DNA from: the human T2T-CHM13v2.0 reference genome, Homo sapiens
NCBI RefSeq assembly: GCF_009914755.1
Contig: NC_060927.1
Reading direction: 5' to 3' (one strand)
DNA: 64,000 nt
Shown piece after piece: positions 48,240-61,310 of this stretch. The notes beneath the pieces are model-generated. The model was not told the origin of the DNA and ran no database searches. It saw nothing but the letters and a program-made list of their open reading frames with translations. The translations under genes were made by a program, and so were the position numbers. The first letter of the stretch is position 1. Each line of letters opens with the position of its first letter.

Positions 48240-49160
48240 AGGGGACACCGCCCGGGGTGGGGCACGCCACCGCGACAATGCCTCTTGGCCTTGGGTGGAT
48301 AATGGCACCCCTGGGCAAACCCTAGGGGCGGGGCCCAGGGGCGAGGGGCTTCCCCAATCAGTCTCCGCCCTAGCGCCCTGGACTTCGGCCCCATTCCATT
48401 GGGTGAGGGTGGGGGCACGAAAAGAGGACCGGGCTTGCGGCCCCACCGTGTCCCGCCTCCTCAGTCCCCAGCGACTCGCAGGGGCTGGTGGGGCTGGGGT
48501 CCAGCTGCCGTGCTCCCCTGCCCTGCGCCGCGCCGCGCGTCTTGGTAGGCGCTGCGCTGCCGGGGCCGGGTCCTGGGCCAGTGCAACTCCGCCCCCAGCC
48601 GTATCCAGCGGACTGTCCTCCGCCGCGCGCCCGGCACAGCATGGGGAGGCGCTGCTGCCGGCGGCGCGTGCTGGCGGCCGCCTGTCTGGGCGCCGCGCTC
48701 CTGCTCCTATGCGCCGCGCCCCGCTCCCTGCGCCCGGGTGAGTGCCCGCCGGCCGAGCCGCGCACCCCCAACCAAACCTGGCTCCTCGCGCTTTCCACCG
48801 CGGCCTGACCCCTCGACAGCGCGGGGGACACCTGTTGTCTCCTTCCTGGCTGGGGCTAGGGGTGGCGGGCAGGGGCGCTGGTGCGGCACAGAAAGGCTCT
48901 AGACGCCCCCGCGAGCAAAGGCTCTTGCTCCTCCTCCGGAGTTACCTCCCCACTCCCAGAGCGGTGACTGTTTTGAGTCCCACAGCCGGTGCCTGGAGAC
49001 CGGGGTCAGTTGTGGGGGGTAGAGGACAATTGGCCAATCCGGGAAGGCCATCTCCCTTACCTTCACCCCCTTCCCCTGCGCACCCCACGGCCCCTGGACA
49101 TGAGCGCTGCTGGGCGCATGCGCATAGGAGGGGAAGCTTGGGCCACTCGGTCCGGTCCCT
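48240..49160. promoter_or_regulatory. CHST13 CpG-island promoter
   Basis: High CpG density; GC box ggggcgggg near 48326; CCAAT near 48353 and inverted ATTGG near 48398. Confidence 0.88.
48641..48737 (+). CDS. CHST13: CHST13 (chondroitin 4-O-sulfotransferase 3) exon 1
   Basis: agcATGG strong Kozak; [33 protein letters not shown]|gtgagt; basic tail plus hydrophobic anchor of a type II Golgi sulfotransferase; 97 nt. Confidence 0.95.
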
Positions 49161-50787
49161 TGGTTGTCCTACTGTGCAGTGGGTGCCACTCCCTGCTCCA
49201 CCCTGAAATCCACACTGGGTAGGGCTTGGGACTCCTGTGCACCCACTCGTGGTCTGGCTGGGGAAACTGAGGCAGTTAGTCATGACTCCGCAGAGCTGAG
49301 TGCCCTGGGCTCCACCGGTGCTGAGTCTTTGCTCTGAGTCTCTCCTCAGCTCATGTGAAGCCTCCCATCAACCCATTTCACACAATCTGAAGCGGGCCAG
49401 AGAGTGGGGAGACAGGTGTGGTGGCAACGTGCTGGCTATACAATCTACTTGGGACTGGAGGGGCCCAGCCAGCGCCCGGGTCTCCTGACCTCAGGGCTGT
49501 TTGCCTTTCCTTGTATGTGGTATGCGTGCTGGGTGGGACGACTCAGTCCGCCTCCCCACCCCCAGTGTGGGCTCTGAGAATCCTGGGCCCCACCCTTGGA
49601 ACCTGGCAGACACAGTCCCAGGGAGTAAGTAACTAGGTCCAGGGTGGGCGGGGATGTTGGGCAGTGGGGGTGGGAGTGGCCCAAGACTTGAGGATATCAG
49701 GGCCTGGGGAGGCCTCTGCCCACTCCCCCTGACCCTCACACTGCCCCTTGCCCCTTGTGTGTCCAGACACAGCAGGTCAGACCTGGATGCCTCCCCAATC
49801 CCATGGGATAGGGCTGGGGTGTCTCTTTCCAGCACCCCCACAACCCCTTCTGTGAGCTGTCTGGTGGTGTTGAGCAGACAATCTCCTGGCAGTCTGGGGT
49901 GTGGACTCAGTGTCTGTGGCTGCCACAGCCTCTGTCCACCGAGTCATTCAGTAGACAGATGTTTACCCAGTACTAAGACAGGGCAGAACTTGGTGGCTAC
50001 TGGCCCCTCAGGGCTCAGCGTGGGATGTTAGAGGACACCTGAGTGCCTGGGTCCCAGGGAGTGTCTGCAAAGGAGCATACATCTTTGAGTGACTGCATGG
50101 AGTGTCTGCGTCCCCATGTCTCCGTGGGACACCTCTCTCCTGTCACCTACTCTACCCAGGTTTGAGGGATGAGAAACAAACCAAGGTACTAGTCACCTTC
50201 TGGGCTTTGTTCCTTCTGACCTCCCTCCCTCTCCTGCAGAGCCTGGGAAGAGACAGCAGGTGTTAGGAGGACGGCTCCGAACCTCCCTTCCCAGCCTCTG
50301 CGCAGGCTGGGCTCCCCACCTGGCCTGTCCTGCTCTTGGCCATGACCTCACCCAGCATCTCAGCATCTCTCTCTGTTTCTGTCAAGCGCTCTTGTACCTC
50401 TCCCATGGCCTGTCTCCAGCCATCACAGCTTTGTGAGTGACCTTGGGCGAGCAAGAGTTAATCAGACCAACCTATCCAGCCTCTCACACTGGCTTTTCTC
50501 TCTCCCAAGCCCTGAGCTGAAGCTTTGGCTGAGACTATGCTTGTGGGCCTGCAGGTGGCACACAGGGAGGGCACTCAGCTGGGAAAGGCCTTTTCCTGCC
50601 AGGCTAGTCCTGCTGGAGGGGCATCCCCTGCCCTTGGCCTCTGGAAATGGCCTCACGAGGGCCTGCAGTGTCTCTGCAGCCATGCCTGAGTTGGAAGGGA
50701 TGTGGTCTGTGCCCTGTGAGGGCTTCTGGCCTGGGGATGAGGGCTCCAGAACTCAGGAGGGATTTCAGCCCCTTCTCCCAGGAGGGC

Positions 50788-50860
50788 AGGCCCAGCACTG
50801 TCCCCTCCTTCTCCAGAGCAAGAGGCCCAGCACTGTCCCCTCCTTCTCCAGAGCCAGAGG
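50788..50860. repeat. 35-bp tandem duplication
   Basis: aggcccagcactgtcccctccttctccagagc(a/c)ag starts at 50788 and 50823. Confidence 0.9.
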
Positions 50861-53800
50861 TGCTGCCGTAAGTTGGGCAAGGGGCCACTGAAGGGCTACT
50901 GGCTCAGGCCTGGGGCTCTTGCTACCCCAGGGAGCTCAGAGACATTCTAGTAGGGGGAGGTCTGCGGCAGCCCCTCCACAGCCACAGCCTCAGCCCCAGG
51001 GCTCCACCACCTGCACTGGCCTACTGCTTAGGGTCCCAGGGAGGAGGAGATTCCAGGAAGGTGGGGCAGCTGCCCAGAGCACTGCTGCCCTCATCACCCC
51101 ACCCTCATCCCCAGTGCCCAGCGGCAGCTCCCAATGGCAGACCCCTGGGTCTCCTGCGGCCCCCTTGGCTCCCTCTGTGTTTTTGCCTGGGCATGGTGAC
51201 CATGCTTCCCGTGGCTGGCACACCACGGACCACGGACCTGTTGGTTGTCTGCTCGTGCAGGTACTGGGAGACAGTGGGGAACAAAACTTAGAAATACCCC
51301 TGCCTCGAGGAGCTTACATTTTTAATATGAAAACCCAAGATCTCAGCTCTATGTCTTCTGCCTCTGAGACACCGGCGGGAGCAGTGTTGGCACCAGCCCC
51401 CTTCCCCTATTCCACTCCCGTGGCTGCAGGGCTGAGCATCTGTCCCAGTGTTTGGAGTCACAGGTGTTCCTCTTGGAGCCAGGTGGGCCTCTGCATCCCA
51501 TCCCAGCCCCTGCTCACCCCTAGGCAGGCAAGGAAGCTAAGACTGTGGGCCACCCAATGGCACACAGTGGTAGCCTCGGCGAGGACAAACCCAACCCAAT
51601 TCAGACTCCCTTCAGCTGGGAGGGAGTGGGTCTGTGCCTGTGACTGAAAAGGCCAGGTGCCTCTGCCTCGGACAGGCATAGATCTTGGGGTTCAGATCAC
51701 ACCTCCAGCTGTGGTTTAGCTTTTCTCTGCCATAGCCTCACTCTCAGCTGCACCAGTTCAGCAACTCCAACCCAAAGCTAGAGAGGGTTCCTTTGCCACT
51801 GATTCCAGCCAAAGTCCCAAGGAGGCATCCATTGACCCGGTCTGGGTCTCAAGTGCCCGTCTCTGAGCCAGTCAGGTGGCAGGAAGGGCTGGGAGGCTGT
51901 GATTGGACAGGCCTAGGCCACATGCCTATCCCAGCAGGTGGTGGAGGCGTAGGGGAGCCTATCGGAATCACATGGGCTGAAGGCCTGGCAGCCATCCTCC
52001 TCTGGTGGGTGGGCAAAGGGAGGGGAAGTGGCTGCTGGAGCCAAATTGGTAGATGCTCCCCATGCTGCTGTCCATCTTCAGGTACTGCTGGAGTGTCCCA
52101 AGTTCAGAGGACCTCCAGAAAGTACCGTGAGAAGAGGCAAGCTGGCAGGTGGGTGGCTCTGCAGAACAGGAATTGGCAATCCTATTTTGCAGAAAAGAAA
52201 AGATCAAGAGAGAGGAAGTTACTTGCTCAAGTCAGGAAGTATGGGGCCAGGATTTAAATCCCAGCTGAAACCCCAAATCCTTTTTCTTTCCATTCTACAG
52301 GGCAGGGGCATTTGTGTTGGGCTTTGAAAGCTGCATAGGAGTTTAACAGGTAGGAAAAGGAGGAGAGGAAACTGCAAGCAGAAGGAATGGCACAGAGAAA
52401 AGCATGGAGGAGTGAAATGGCCTGGGGTGTGAATGGATGTGCTGTGGGTGGGGCTCTGGGTCCTTGAGAGAGAATGGTGGGATGGAAGGCAGGAAGATAC
52501 TCTAAGTTGGGGCTCAGTCATGAATAGTCTTGAATGGGATGCTAGGGGCTGGGGTGCTCTTCCTATGGCTGTCAGAGGGCATCAGTCTTTAAATAAATAG
52601 TCACTGGCACTGGGCAAGGTTGCAGGGGTTACAGAAAAGCAAAAAGTCCCCTTCCATGTAGAACTGACCTTCCAGAGTGATCAACCTACACAGAACTCAA
52701 AAGATTTCAGCAATAAAGAGTGCCGTGGCTGGAGCTGAGCAGTGAACCAGGAAGGGTGGTAGTGCACTGGTGGGCCTTGGGGGGAACCAGGGATTGCTGC
52801 AAGGAGTGAGAAGCCCTGTGGGTTTAGAGATCACCAAGGTGGGGCGAGGAGAAATAGGAGATAGGTGAGGTGTCTCCTTCCAGTCTTGGTAATTGTTCCA
52901 GGGAGAGCCCTGGGGCCTACCCAGGGCTGGCCATGGGCAGGGAAGGTGGAAGTGGGGTCCGGAGGGTTCTGGAGGCACAGCCGACAGGACTGTGCTCAAG
53001 GGGGATCTGGGCAGACTGGGGTTCCATTCTAGATGGCCTGTGGAGTTCAGCAAATGGAGTTTGAACTAAATACACGTGGAGAGATCTCTAGTTCTCTCCC
53101 CTAAACAGAATTGCTTATAATAATACATGAAGGGCTTGTCCAATGTGTCCTTCCCTTGGGCCTGATCCCCAGAAGGAATGTCCCTGACTCTGAGACATGC
53201 AGGTCACCCCAGAAAGCCCCTAGGGGAAGGAATGGGGCAGGACAGAGGCCCTCGGAGGCCACGTGGGAACCTATGCCTGCTGGCAGGAGCTTGCTGGGGC
53301 CTGGCTGCCCTGCTTATCTCCTCTTGCAACACTGTAACCTGCTGGAACTTATTAACCAGAAGCCGAGTGTCATCATCTCTGCTTGCTGGACTAGGGAGTC
53401 TGCAAACAGCATCCCCCTACATGATGGCTGTGCCCTCACCCTGCACAGGGCGCGAGCCCTGCTTTGGCTGAGGTGGGTGTGCAGAGGAGGATGGTCGTGC
53501 TTCTGCTGTAGGTTTCTAGTGTGGTGTTTCACCCGGTATCTTGATTGGCAGAGGAGGCCTTGCAACATGACGTGTGCGGGTGTCCTGTGTGCAGCAATCG
53601 CATGGCCTTGAGCAGCTCTCTCTGCTCTCCTTCCCTGGGCTGGTATTTCCTCATGGGTCAGTGAAATGGGGCCCACTTGCCTACGGATGCCGCAAGGGGG
53701 GACAGGTGTCAGGACAAGGGGGCACCCAGAGGCAGGGCAGCATGGGTGTTAAGGGTGCAGATGCTGGCACCGGTGGCCTGGGGTCAAATTCTGTTTCTGG

Positions 53801-55429
53801 CACAGCAAGGAAGCTGTGAGGCCTCGGGCAAGTTTCTTTGCCTCAGTTTCCCCCTCTGTCAAGTGGGATAAAGATAGTTTCTACATGAGAGGGGTAAGCA
53901 TGTCAGTGTGCACTAAGCACCCGGCACTGTGCTGGGGCCTGCAGTCCCCACCATGCTTTGTCTCCTTCTGTCTCTTCCTTCTCTTTCTCCCAGCCTCGGG
54001 CCCTGTCGTCCATCACTGTCTCCCTGTCTCTGTCATTGTTTTTGGCACTCCTCCCATCCCTCCTCCCCTCCCATCATCCTGTCCCCCTTCTCTCCCCTGT
54101 CTCCCTAACCTCCTGCTGGTTTTGTTTCCTTTTTCTAAGCAGTCACCGCGTGGCTTTCCCTGTGCTGCTCTGGGATGGGCCCTCCTGGGCTACACTGCCT
54201 GGCTCTCCCTGTTCTGTCTGCTCCTCTGTCCCCTTGGCAGGGGGTGGCAGGGAGCCTGGGACCTAGGGCCCAGTGGAGGGACGGGGGTACAGAGGACACA
54301 GACAAGGGAGTTTGGGATGATGGGGGTGGAGGGGGTGGATGCCCCAGTGTGGCCCTGTTTGGGGCCAGCCCCCAGCTGGCCAAGTCAGGATTGGACCCAA
54401 GGATCCTCAAGATACCCCCCTTCTGACCTCCTGTGCCCATCTGTCCCTCCATGGCAGCCTGCCCGTCTGCAGGGCCCAGTCTCCTCGGGGCAGGGTGGCA
54501 GGCAGGGTGGGGCTGGATGGAGGCGGCCCAGCCCTGTAATCACTGGCCACAGCTATTCTGAGCCTCTCTCTGGTACCTGCTCCCTTTTCCCTTCTACCCA
54601 CTGGCCCCTGGGGGCTGTTATGGTACCCACTTTCCAGCAGGCTGTGGTCTGGCCAGGAAATGAGAGGCCTTATGCAAGGGCTGGCGTTTCCGGAAGGCTG
54701 GGAGCCTCCGAGTAGCAGGGCCCTGGGGCAGAGACAGGCCTGGGTCGGCTTCTCAGTCACTGCAACTGCCCCTCCACCCCCTGCCCACAGAACACAGGCT
54801 GCTGAGCACCAGTTCTTCCTCAGTCCCCAGCCACAGTTCCCAGGAAAGGGACACGTCTCATCTGCAACACGGCGAGAAGGCCTGGCCTCCTCTCATGGGT
54901 TGCCTGGCCCTGCCCTGCCTGGTGTGGCACCAGCGGAGCTCCCCATGGTTGCTGCTAGACTCAGGCCACACCCAGCCTGGGTCTCCCTGCACCAGCATGA
55001 CCAGCCAACATTGCTGCCCTCTCCTGTCAGCTCCTTTTCTGATGACGGTGTCGTTCCTGGGACATGTCCGGCAGTTCAGATCTCTGACTCTGTCTGGAGA
55101 CGCAAGGTCAAATGCTGGGCTGGTCAGTGGCCTGGAGACACAGGTGGCCCTGAACCTCCTCAGCCTCCTCTGCATGCCCTGGCCACTGGAGTCTGGCCCT
55201 TGTTCCTGGGCCTTACAGGATGTGGCCTGGGCGCAGAGGGGGCCTGAGGCAGGCAGGGGGCAGCAGGACCCTGGACAGTGGGCTTCAGGTACACGCAGCA
55301 GGGTTCTGGACAATGGGCTTTAGGGTTCTGGAGGCCAGTGCCAGGCCCGTCCAGCTGCCATCTATTCCTTCCACGAACCTCTGTTTATTCAGCACAGACC
55401 ATATTCTGCCTGCCAGGCACTGCGCTGGC

Positions 55430-55608
55430 GCAGCTGGTGTCAAAGCACGCTCCCAGACCAGCAGCCGCAGCCTCACCTGGAGCTGCTGGAAATGCAGATT
55501 CTTGGGCCCCACCCCCCAACCTACTGGACCAGAAACTCTAGAGGTGGGGCCCGGGATTCTTGAGTTTAATGGGCCCCACACAAGCTGAAGTTTGGGAATG
55601 ACTGCCCT
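55430..55608. mobile_element. MER5A-like hAT relic
   Basis: cagaccagcagc...cacctggagctgctggaaatgcagattcttgggccccacccc...cagaaactctagaggtggggccc. Confidence 0.8.
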
Positions 55609-55849
55609 AGGTCAGTTTGCCAAAAGACCTGTTCCTCAGATTTCCCAAGTTTACTGGCGTGCCAGAAGTTTGTCTCAAGTGAATAGATTCTTCTTAGCGA
55701 CATTTATAGACTCTTCATTTGGTTGAAGGCCAAGGATCACAGAAGCATTTATCCTTCTTTTCTCACATGTACCTGAATTCTTGAACATATTCTTCTTATG
55801 AATATTCAATGTTCTTATGAACTCTTACGGACATATTAAGACAGCCATT

Positions 55850-58480
55850 TCACATAAATGGAATCGTGTCTTAGCTGGCCTTTTATGTCTGGCTCCTTTC
55901 ACTTAACATAACGTTTACAAGGTTCAGCCACACGGAAGCATGAGCCAATTCTTCATTCCTTTTATGGCCAATTAATAGCCCATGTTATGGATATACCACA
56001 TTTTTATTATCCATTCATCAGCTGATGGATTTGGGTTGTTTCCATTTTGGGGCTATCATGAATAATGCTGATGGGAACATTTGTGAACAAGTTTTTGTGT
56101 GAACAAGTTTTCAGTTCTAGGAACATACTTAGGAGAGGAATTGCTGGGTTGCATGGTAATTCTAAGCTTAGCTTTTTAAGAAACCGCCAAACTGTTTTCC
56201 CTCATGGATGCACCACTTTACATCCCCACCAGCAATATATGAGGGCTCCAATTTCTCCACATCCTTGTTATTTACTGTCTTTTTAAATAACCATCCTCAT
56301 GGTGTTGATTTCTATTTCACTAATGGCTAGTGATGTTGCGCACCTTTTCATGTGCTTATTGCCGTAGGTATATCTTTGGAGAAATGTCTATTCAGATTCT
56401 TTGCCCATTTAAAAAATTGAGTTGTCTTTTGTTGTTCCATTGTAAGAGTTCTCCATACGTTGTGGGTACTAGTTCCTTACCAGAGAGATAATTTGCAAAT
56501 ATTTTCTCCCAACTACGGATTGTCATTTCACCTTCTTGATAGTGTGCTTTGAAGCACAAATGTTTTTTAATATTGATGTAGTTCAATTTATCTATTTTTT
56601 AAAATTTTGTTGTTTTGTGCTTTTGGTGTCATATCTAATACATCATCACCTAATCCAAGGTCATGGAGATTTATGTCGGTGTTTTCACTTAAGAGTTTCA
56701 TAGTTTTAACTTCAATGTTTGGGGCTATGATCCATTTTGAGTTAGTTTTTGTATGTGGTATGAAGATGGGGTACAACTTCATTCTTTTGCATGTGAATAT
56801 CTCATGCTGTCTCAGCACCACTTATTGTAGACTGTCCTTTCCCCATTGAATTGTCTTGGCTCCCTCATCAATAATCAACTGACCACAAATGTAAGGGTTT
56901 GTTGCTGAACTTTCAGTGCTATTTCATTCATCTATATGTCTCTCCTAGCCAGCACCACACAGTCTTGATTATTGTGGCTGTATAGTAAAGTTGTGGTATC
57001 AGGAAATGTGAATCCTCTAACTTTGTTCTTTTTTGAGATTCTTTTGGATATTCTGAATCCCTTCACTTTCCACAAGAATTTAAAGATCAGCTGTCAATTT
57101 TGGCAGAAAAAGGCAGCTGGGATTTTGACAGGAATTTCAAAGAATCTGTAGATGACTTTGGGGAGTACTGCCATCTTCACAACATTAAGTATTCCAATCC
57201 ACAAACCTGAAATGTCTTTCCGTTCATTTGGGTCTTTAATTTCTTTCAACGATGTCTCATGGTTTTCAGTGGACAGGTCTTATACTTCCTTTGTTACCAA
57301 CTTCTTCTTTATTACTTTATTAATTTTGATGTTGTTTGATTATTCATTGCTAGTATATAGAATATAATTGACTTTTGTATATTAATCTTGCATCGTGCAA
57401 CCTTGCTGAACCCATTTATTAGCTCTTACAGTTTGTGAATTCTTTAGGGTTTTCTATATATATATACGGTTATGTCATCTATGAATAGACAAAGTTTTAC
57501 TTATTACTTTCCAACCTGGATGCCTTTTATTTATTTTCCCTGCCCAATTACCCTGGATAAAACCTCCAGTATAATTAATAGAACTGGCAAAAGCAGGCAC
57601 TCTTGCCTTGCTCCTGATCTTAGGGAGAAAGCTTCCAGTCTTTCACTATTAAGTTATCTGAGGGTTTTTCGTTGATGCCCTTTATCAGTTTGGCAAAGTT
57701 TCCTTCTATTCTTAAGCTGTTTAGTGTGTTTTGTCATGAAGAAGGGTATTGGATTTTGTCCTATGCTTTTTCTGCATTTATTGATGAGCATGTGGGCTTT
57801 TTTCTTGATTCTATTAATACAGTGTATTACATTGATTGATTTGTGTATATTTAGCCAATCTTGCATTCCTGGGATCCATCCTACTTGGTCATGGTGTATA
57901 AACTTTTTCATAGGATGTTATTTTTGGTTTGCCCATATTTTTTGAGAACTTTGCACTTATATTCATAAGGTACATGGCTCTGTAGTTCCCTTTTCTTGTG
58001 ATGTCTTTGTCTGGTTTGGTCATCTAGATAATACTGGCCTTATGTAATGAGTTGGGAAGTGTTCTCTCCTCTTCTGTTTTTTGAAAGAGTTTATGAAAGA
58101 TTGGTGTTAATTCTTTAAACATTTAGTAAAATTTACCAGTGAAGCCATCTGATCCTGGGCTTTTGTTTGTGGGAATTTTTTTTTATTACTAATTCAACAT
58201 CTTGACTTGTTATGGGTCTGCTGAGATTTTATATTTCTTCTTGAGTCAATTTCAAGAATTTCTGTCTTTCTAGGAATTTGTCTATTTCTTGTATGTTTTC
58301 TCATTTGTTGGGCTACAATTGTTCAGAGTTCTCTTGTAATCCTTTCTTGTTTCTTTAAGGTCAGTAGTAACATCCCCTCTTTCTTTCCTGTTTTTAGTAA
58401 TTTGAGTCTTTTCTATTTTCTCCTAGGTCAGTCTAGCAAAAGTCTTGCCAGTTTTTGAGATCTTTTCAAAGATCGCCTAA
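55850..58480 (-). mobile_element. Old L1M fragment (~2.6 kb, ORF2 3' part and 3'UTR), antisense in CHST13 intron 1
   Basis: T-rich; minus-strand peptide KKFIHHDQVGWIPGMQDWLNIHKSINVIHCINR (57654-57911) is a degraded L1 reverse-transcriptase motif. Confidence 0.92.
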
Positions 58481-58696
58481 CACCTTATTAGTTTATTAAT
58501 ATGCATAATCATATTTCTGAAAATGGGATCCAGAAGCATATGATCATATATAGGCTATATTACTGAGAACATATTAATATTAATTGACTATGCATAAAAA
58601 GATATTCCTTAAAACAGATTTTGAGTAAAGGAATACACTTATAGGTAAACGGATTTTTACTTATAATAGTTCTAGGAAAACTGAGCAGTGCAGCAA

Positions 58697-60070
58697 GGAG
58701 ACAGACAGACAGACAGACAGCATCCCTGTCCTCATCTGGGAGACAGACAGACAGCATCCCTGTCCCCACCCAGGAGACAGACAGACAGCATCCTTGTCCT
58801 CAGCTAGCAGAAAAACAGACAGCATCCCTGTCCTCAGCCAGGAGAAAAACAGACAGCATCCCTGTCCTCAGCCAGGAGAGAGACACACACAGAGAGCATC
58901 TCTGTCCTCAGCTGGGAGACAGACACACAGACAGCATCCCTGTCCTCAGCCGGGAGACAGATAGACAGCATTGCTGTCCTCAGCCGGGAGACAGATAGAC
59001 AGCATTGCTGTCCTCAGCCGGGAGACAGACAGACAGACAGCATCCCTGTCCCCACCCAGGAGACAGACAGACAGCATCCCTGTCCTCAGCCAGGAGAAAA
59101 ACAGACAGCATCCCTGTCCTCAGCCAGGAGACAGACATACACAGAGAGCATCCCTGTCCTCAGCTGGGAGACAGACACACAGACAGCATCCCTGTCCCCA
59201 GCCGGGAGACAGACCAGCATCCCTGTCCCCAGCCGGGAGACAGACAGACAGCATCCCTGTCCCCAGCCGGAGACAGACCAGCATCCCTGTCCCCAGCCGG
59301 GAGACAGACAGACAGCATCCCTGTCCTCAGCCAGGAGACACACAGCATCGCTGTCCTCAGCCGGGAGACACACAGACAGCATCCCTGTCCCCAGCCGGGA
59401 GACAGACAGCATCCCTGTCCTCAGCCGGGAGACAGATAGACAGCATCACTGTCCTCAGCTGGAGACAGACAGACAGCATCCCTGTCCCCAGCCGGGAGAC
59501 AGACAGCATCCCTGTCCCCAGCCGGGAGACAGACAGACAGCATCGCTGTCCCCAGCCGGTAGACAGACAGCATCCCTGTCCTCAGCTGGGAGACAGACAG
59601 ACAGCATCACTGTCCTCAGCTGGAGAAAGACAGACAGCATCGCTGTCCTCAGCCAGGAGACAGACAGACAGCATCCCTGTCCTCAGCCGGGAGACACACA
59701 GACAGCATCGCTGTCCCCAGCTGGTAGACAGACAGACAGCATCCCTGTCCTCAACCGGGAGACAGACAGACAGCATCCCTGTCCTCAGCCGGGAGACAGA
59801 CAGACAGTATCGCTGTCCTCAGCCGGGAGACACACAGACAGTATCGCTGTCCTCAGCCGGGAGACACACAGACAGCATCCCTGTCCTCAGCCGGGAGACA
59901 GACAGACAGCATCGCTTTCCTCGGCCGGGAGACAGACAGACAGACAGCATCACTTTCCTCAGTCGGGAGACAGCCGGACAGCATCACTTTTCTCAGCCAG
60001 GAGACAGACAGACAGCATCACTGTCCTCAGCTGGAGACAGACAGACAGCATCCCTCTTCTCATCTGGAGA
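58697..60070. repeat. ~1.4-kb VNTR, ~30-40-bp unit (cagccgggagacagacagacagcatccctgtcct)
   Basis: Roughly 40 copies; unit length varies mostly by GACA tetramers; ends ~570 bp before CHST13 exon 2. Confidence 0.97.
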
Positions 60071-60642
60071 TAGCTAAACCTGCTTCCATGTGAAGTAGCA
60101 TATTCCCTGATGGGGAAGCACTGCTGTCACAGGCATCCACAGTGGGTCACCCAGCCTAGCAAGGTGGCACTGAGAGGCTACAGCCCACTGTGCCATCTCC
60201 ACTGTTGCCCAAACCTTTCTAGCTGCCCATACACAGGATCTGAGGGTGCTGGGCAGCCAGCCAGCCTGGTGAACCCCACAAGGGTTGGGGCATGAGGCCA
60301 GGGCAGATGGCAGTGGGTGAGTTTGGGTGATCTGGCCTTTCCTAGAGGGTTGGTGGGCTGGGTATCACCTTCCCACTTGTCCCCTCTTGCCTAGTACCCT
60401 CCAACTTTGGAGGGTAGGACATGGGAGCAGGAATGACACAAGATACTACCCTGATGTAATTCTGCCCCATTAGTACCCCCTGCCATCCCCCACTCCACCA
60501 AGCCCCTAGGAGGTAGGCAAGATCCGGGAAGGAAATTGAGTGCCAGAGGTGGGTCAAATGTGCCTAGATGGGTTGGCCAAACCCCCAGGTCCATGCAAGT
60601 CCCTCTGATATGGTGGCGACATCTCTCTCCTTATGCCCACAG

Positions 60643-60725
60643 CATTTGGAAACAGAGCCCTGGGCTCCAGCTGGCTTGGTGGGGAGAAGAGAAGCCCCCT
60701 GCAGAAGCTCTATGACCTGGATCAG
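60643..60725 (+). CDS. CHST13: CHST13 exon 2
   Basis: ctccttatgcccacag|(A)[27 protein letters not shown]|gtaggt; 83 nt, phase-compatible with exon 1 (97+83=180). The catalytic exon 3 lies beyond the window. Confidence 0.93.
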
Positions 60726-61235
60726 GTAGGTGGACAGACCCTCGACCCAGGCATGCCCCCCTCCATCCCAGCCAGGAGCCTGACAGCAACAGTGCAGACC
60801 TGCTGGCATGAGACTGGACCCCACACTGGGGCACAGAAGGGCATCCTCCCCAAACCAGGCTTTGTCAGAGAGCAGTGACAAGGGCAAATCTTGGGGGTAA
60901 GATGAGAGACCTGGAGTCTCTACCCACCTATCTTCCCATCCATCAACAATCTGAGGCCAGGCATAGTTCTTTGTGTTGCAGATAAAAAAGAGTCAAAACA
61001 GACCCTGTACCTGCCCTCAGGAAGTTTACAGTCTCGTGGGAGACTAAATCTCAGTGTGTGCTGCAGTGGGGAGGTGTGCAGGGACCCCCAGCCCCGGCGT
61101 GATTCTCAAACAGATGGACCAGGCGGGGCTGGCTGGCCCACACACCTAACTTCAGCTGGGGGCCTGCAGGGACCACACACAACCCCAAATACACACATAC
61201 AACTGTACCCCACCACCAAGAACCCCACACTCTGG

Positions 61236-61265
61236 CTCTCTCTCTCTCTTTCTCACACACACACA

Positions 61266-61300
<35 letters not shown>

Positions 61301-61310
61301 CACACACACA
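61236..61310. repeat. Compound (CT)n(CA)n microsatellite
   Basis: Directly visible. Confidence 0.93.

Noticed and set aside
53816-54715. 299-aa ORF in CHST13 intron 1
   Set aside because: GTG start in MIR-like sequence, pyrimidine-rich low complexity, no recognisable domain.
58697-60070. Repeat array considered as CRISPR-like or SVA VNTR
   Set aside because: No unique spacers, eukaryotic intron, and no SVA hexamer, Alu-like or SINE-R flanks.
58971-60077. 368-aa repetitive ORF
   Set aside because: Lies wholly in the VNTR, non-ATG start, peptide repeat changes register with unit length; no coding evidence.
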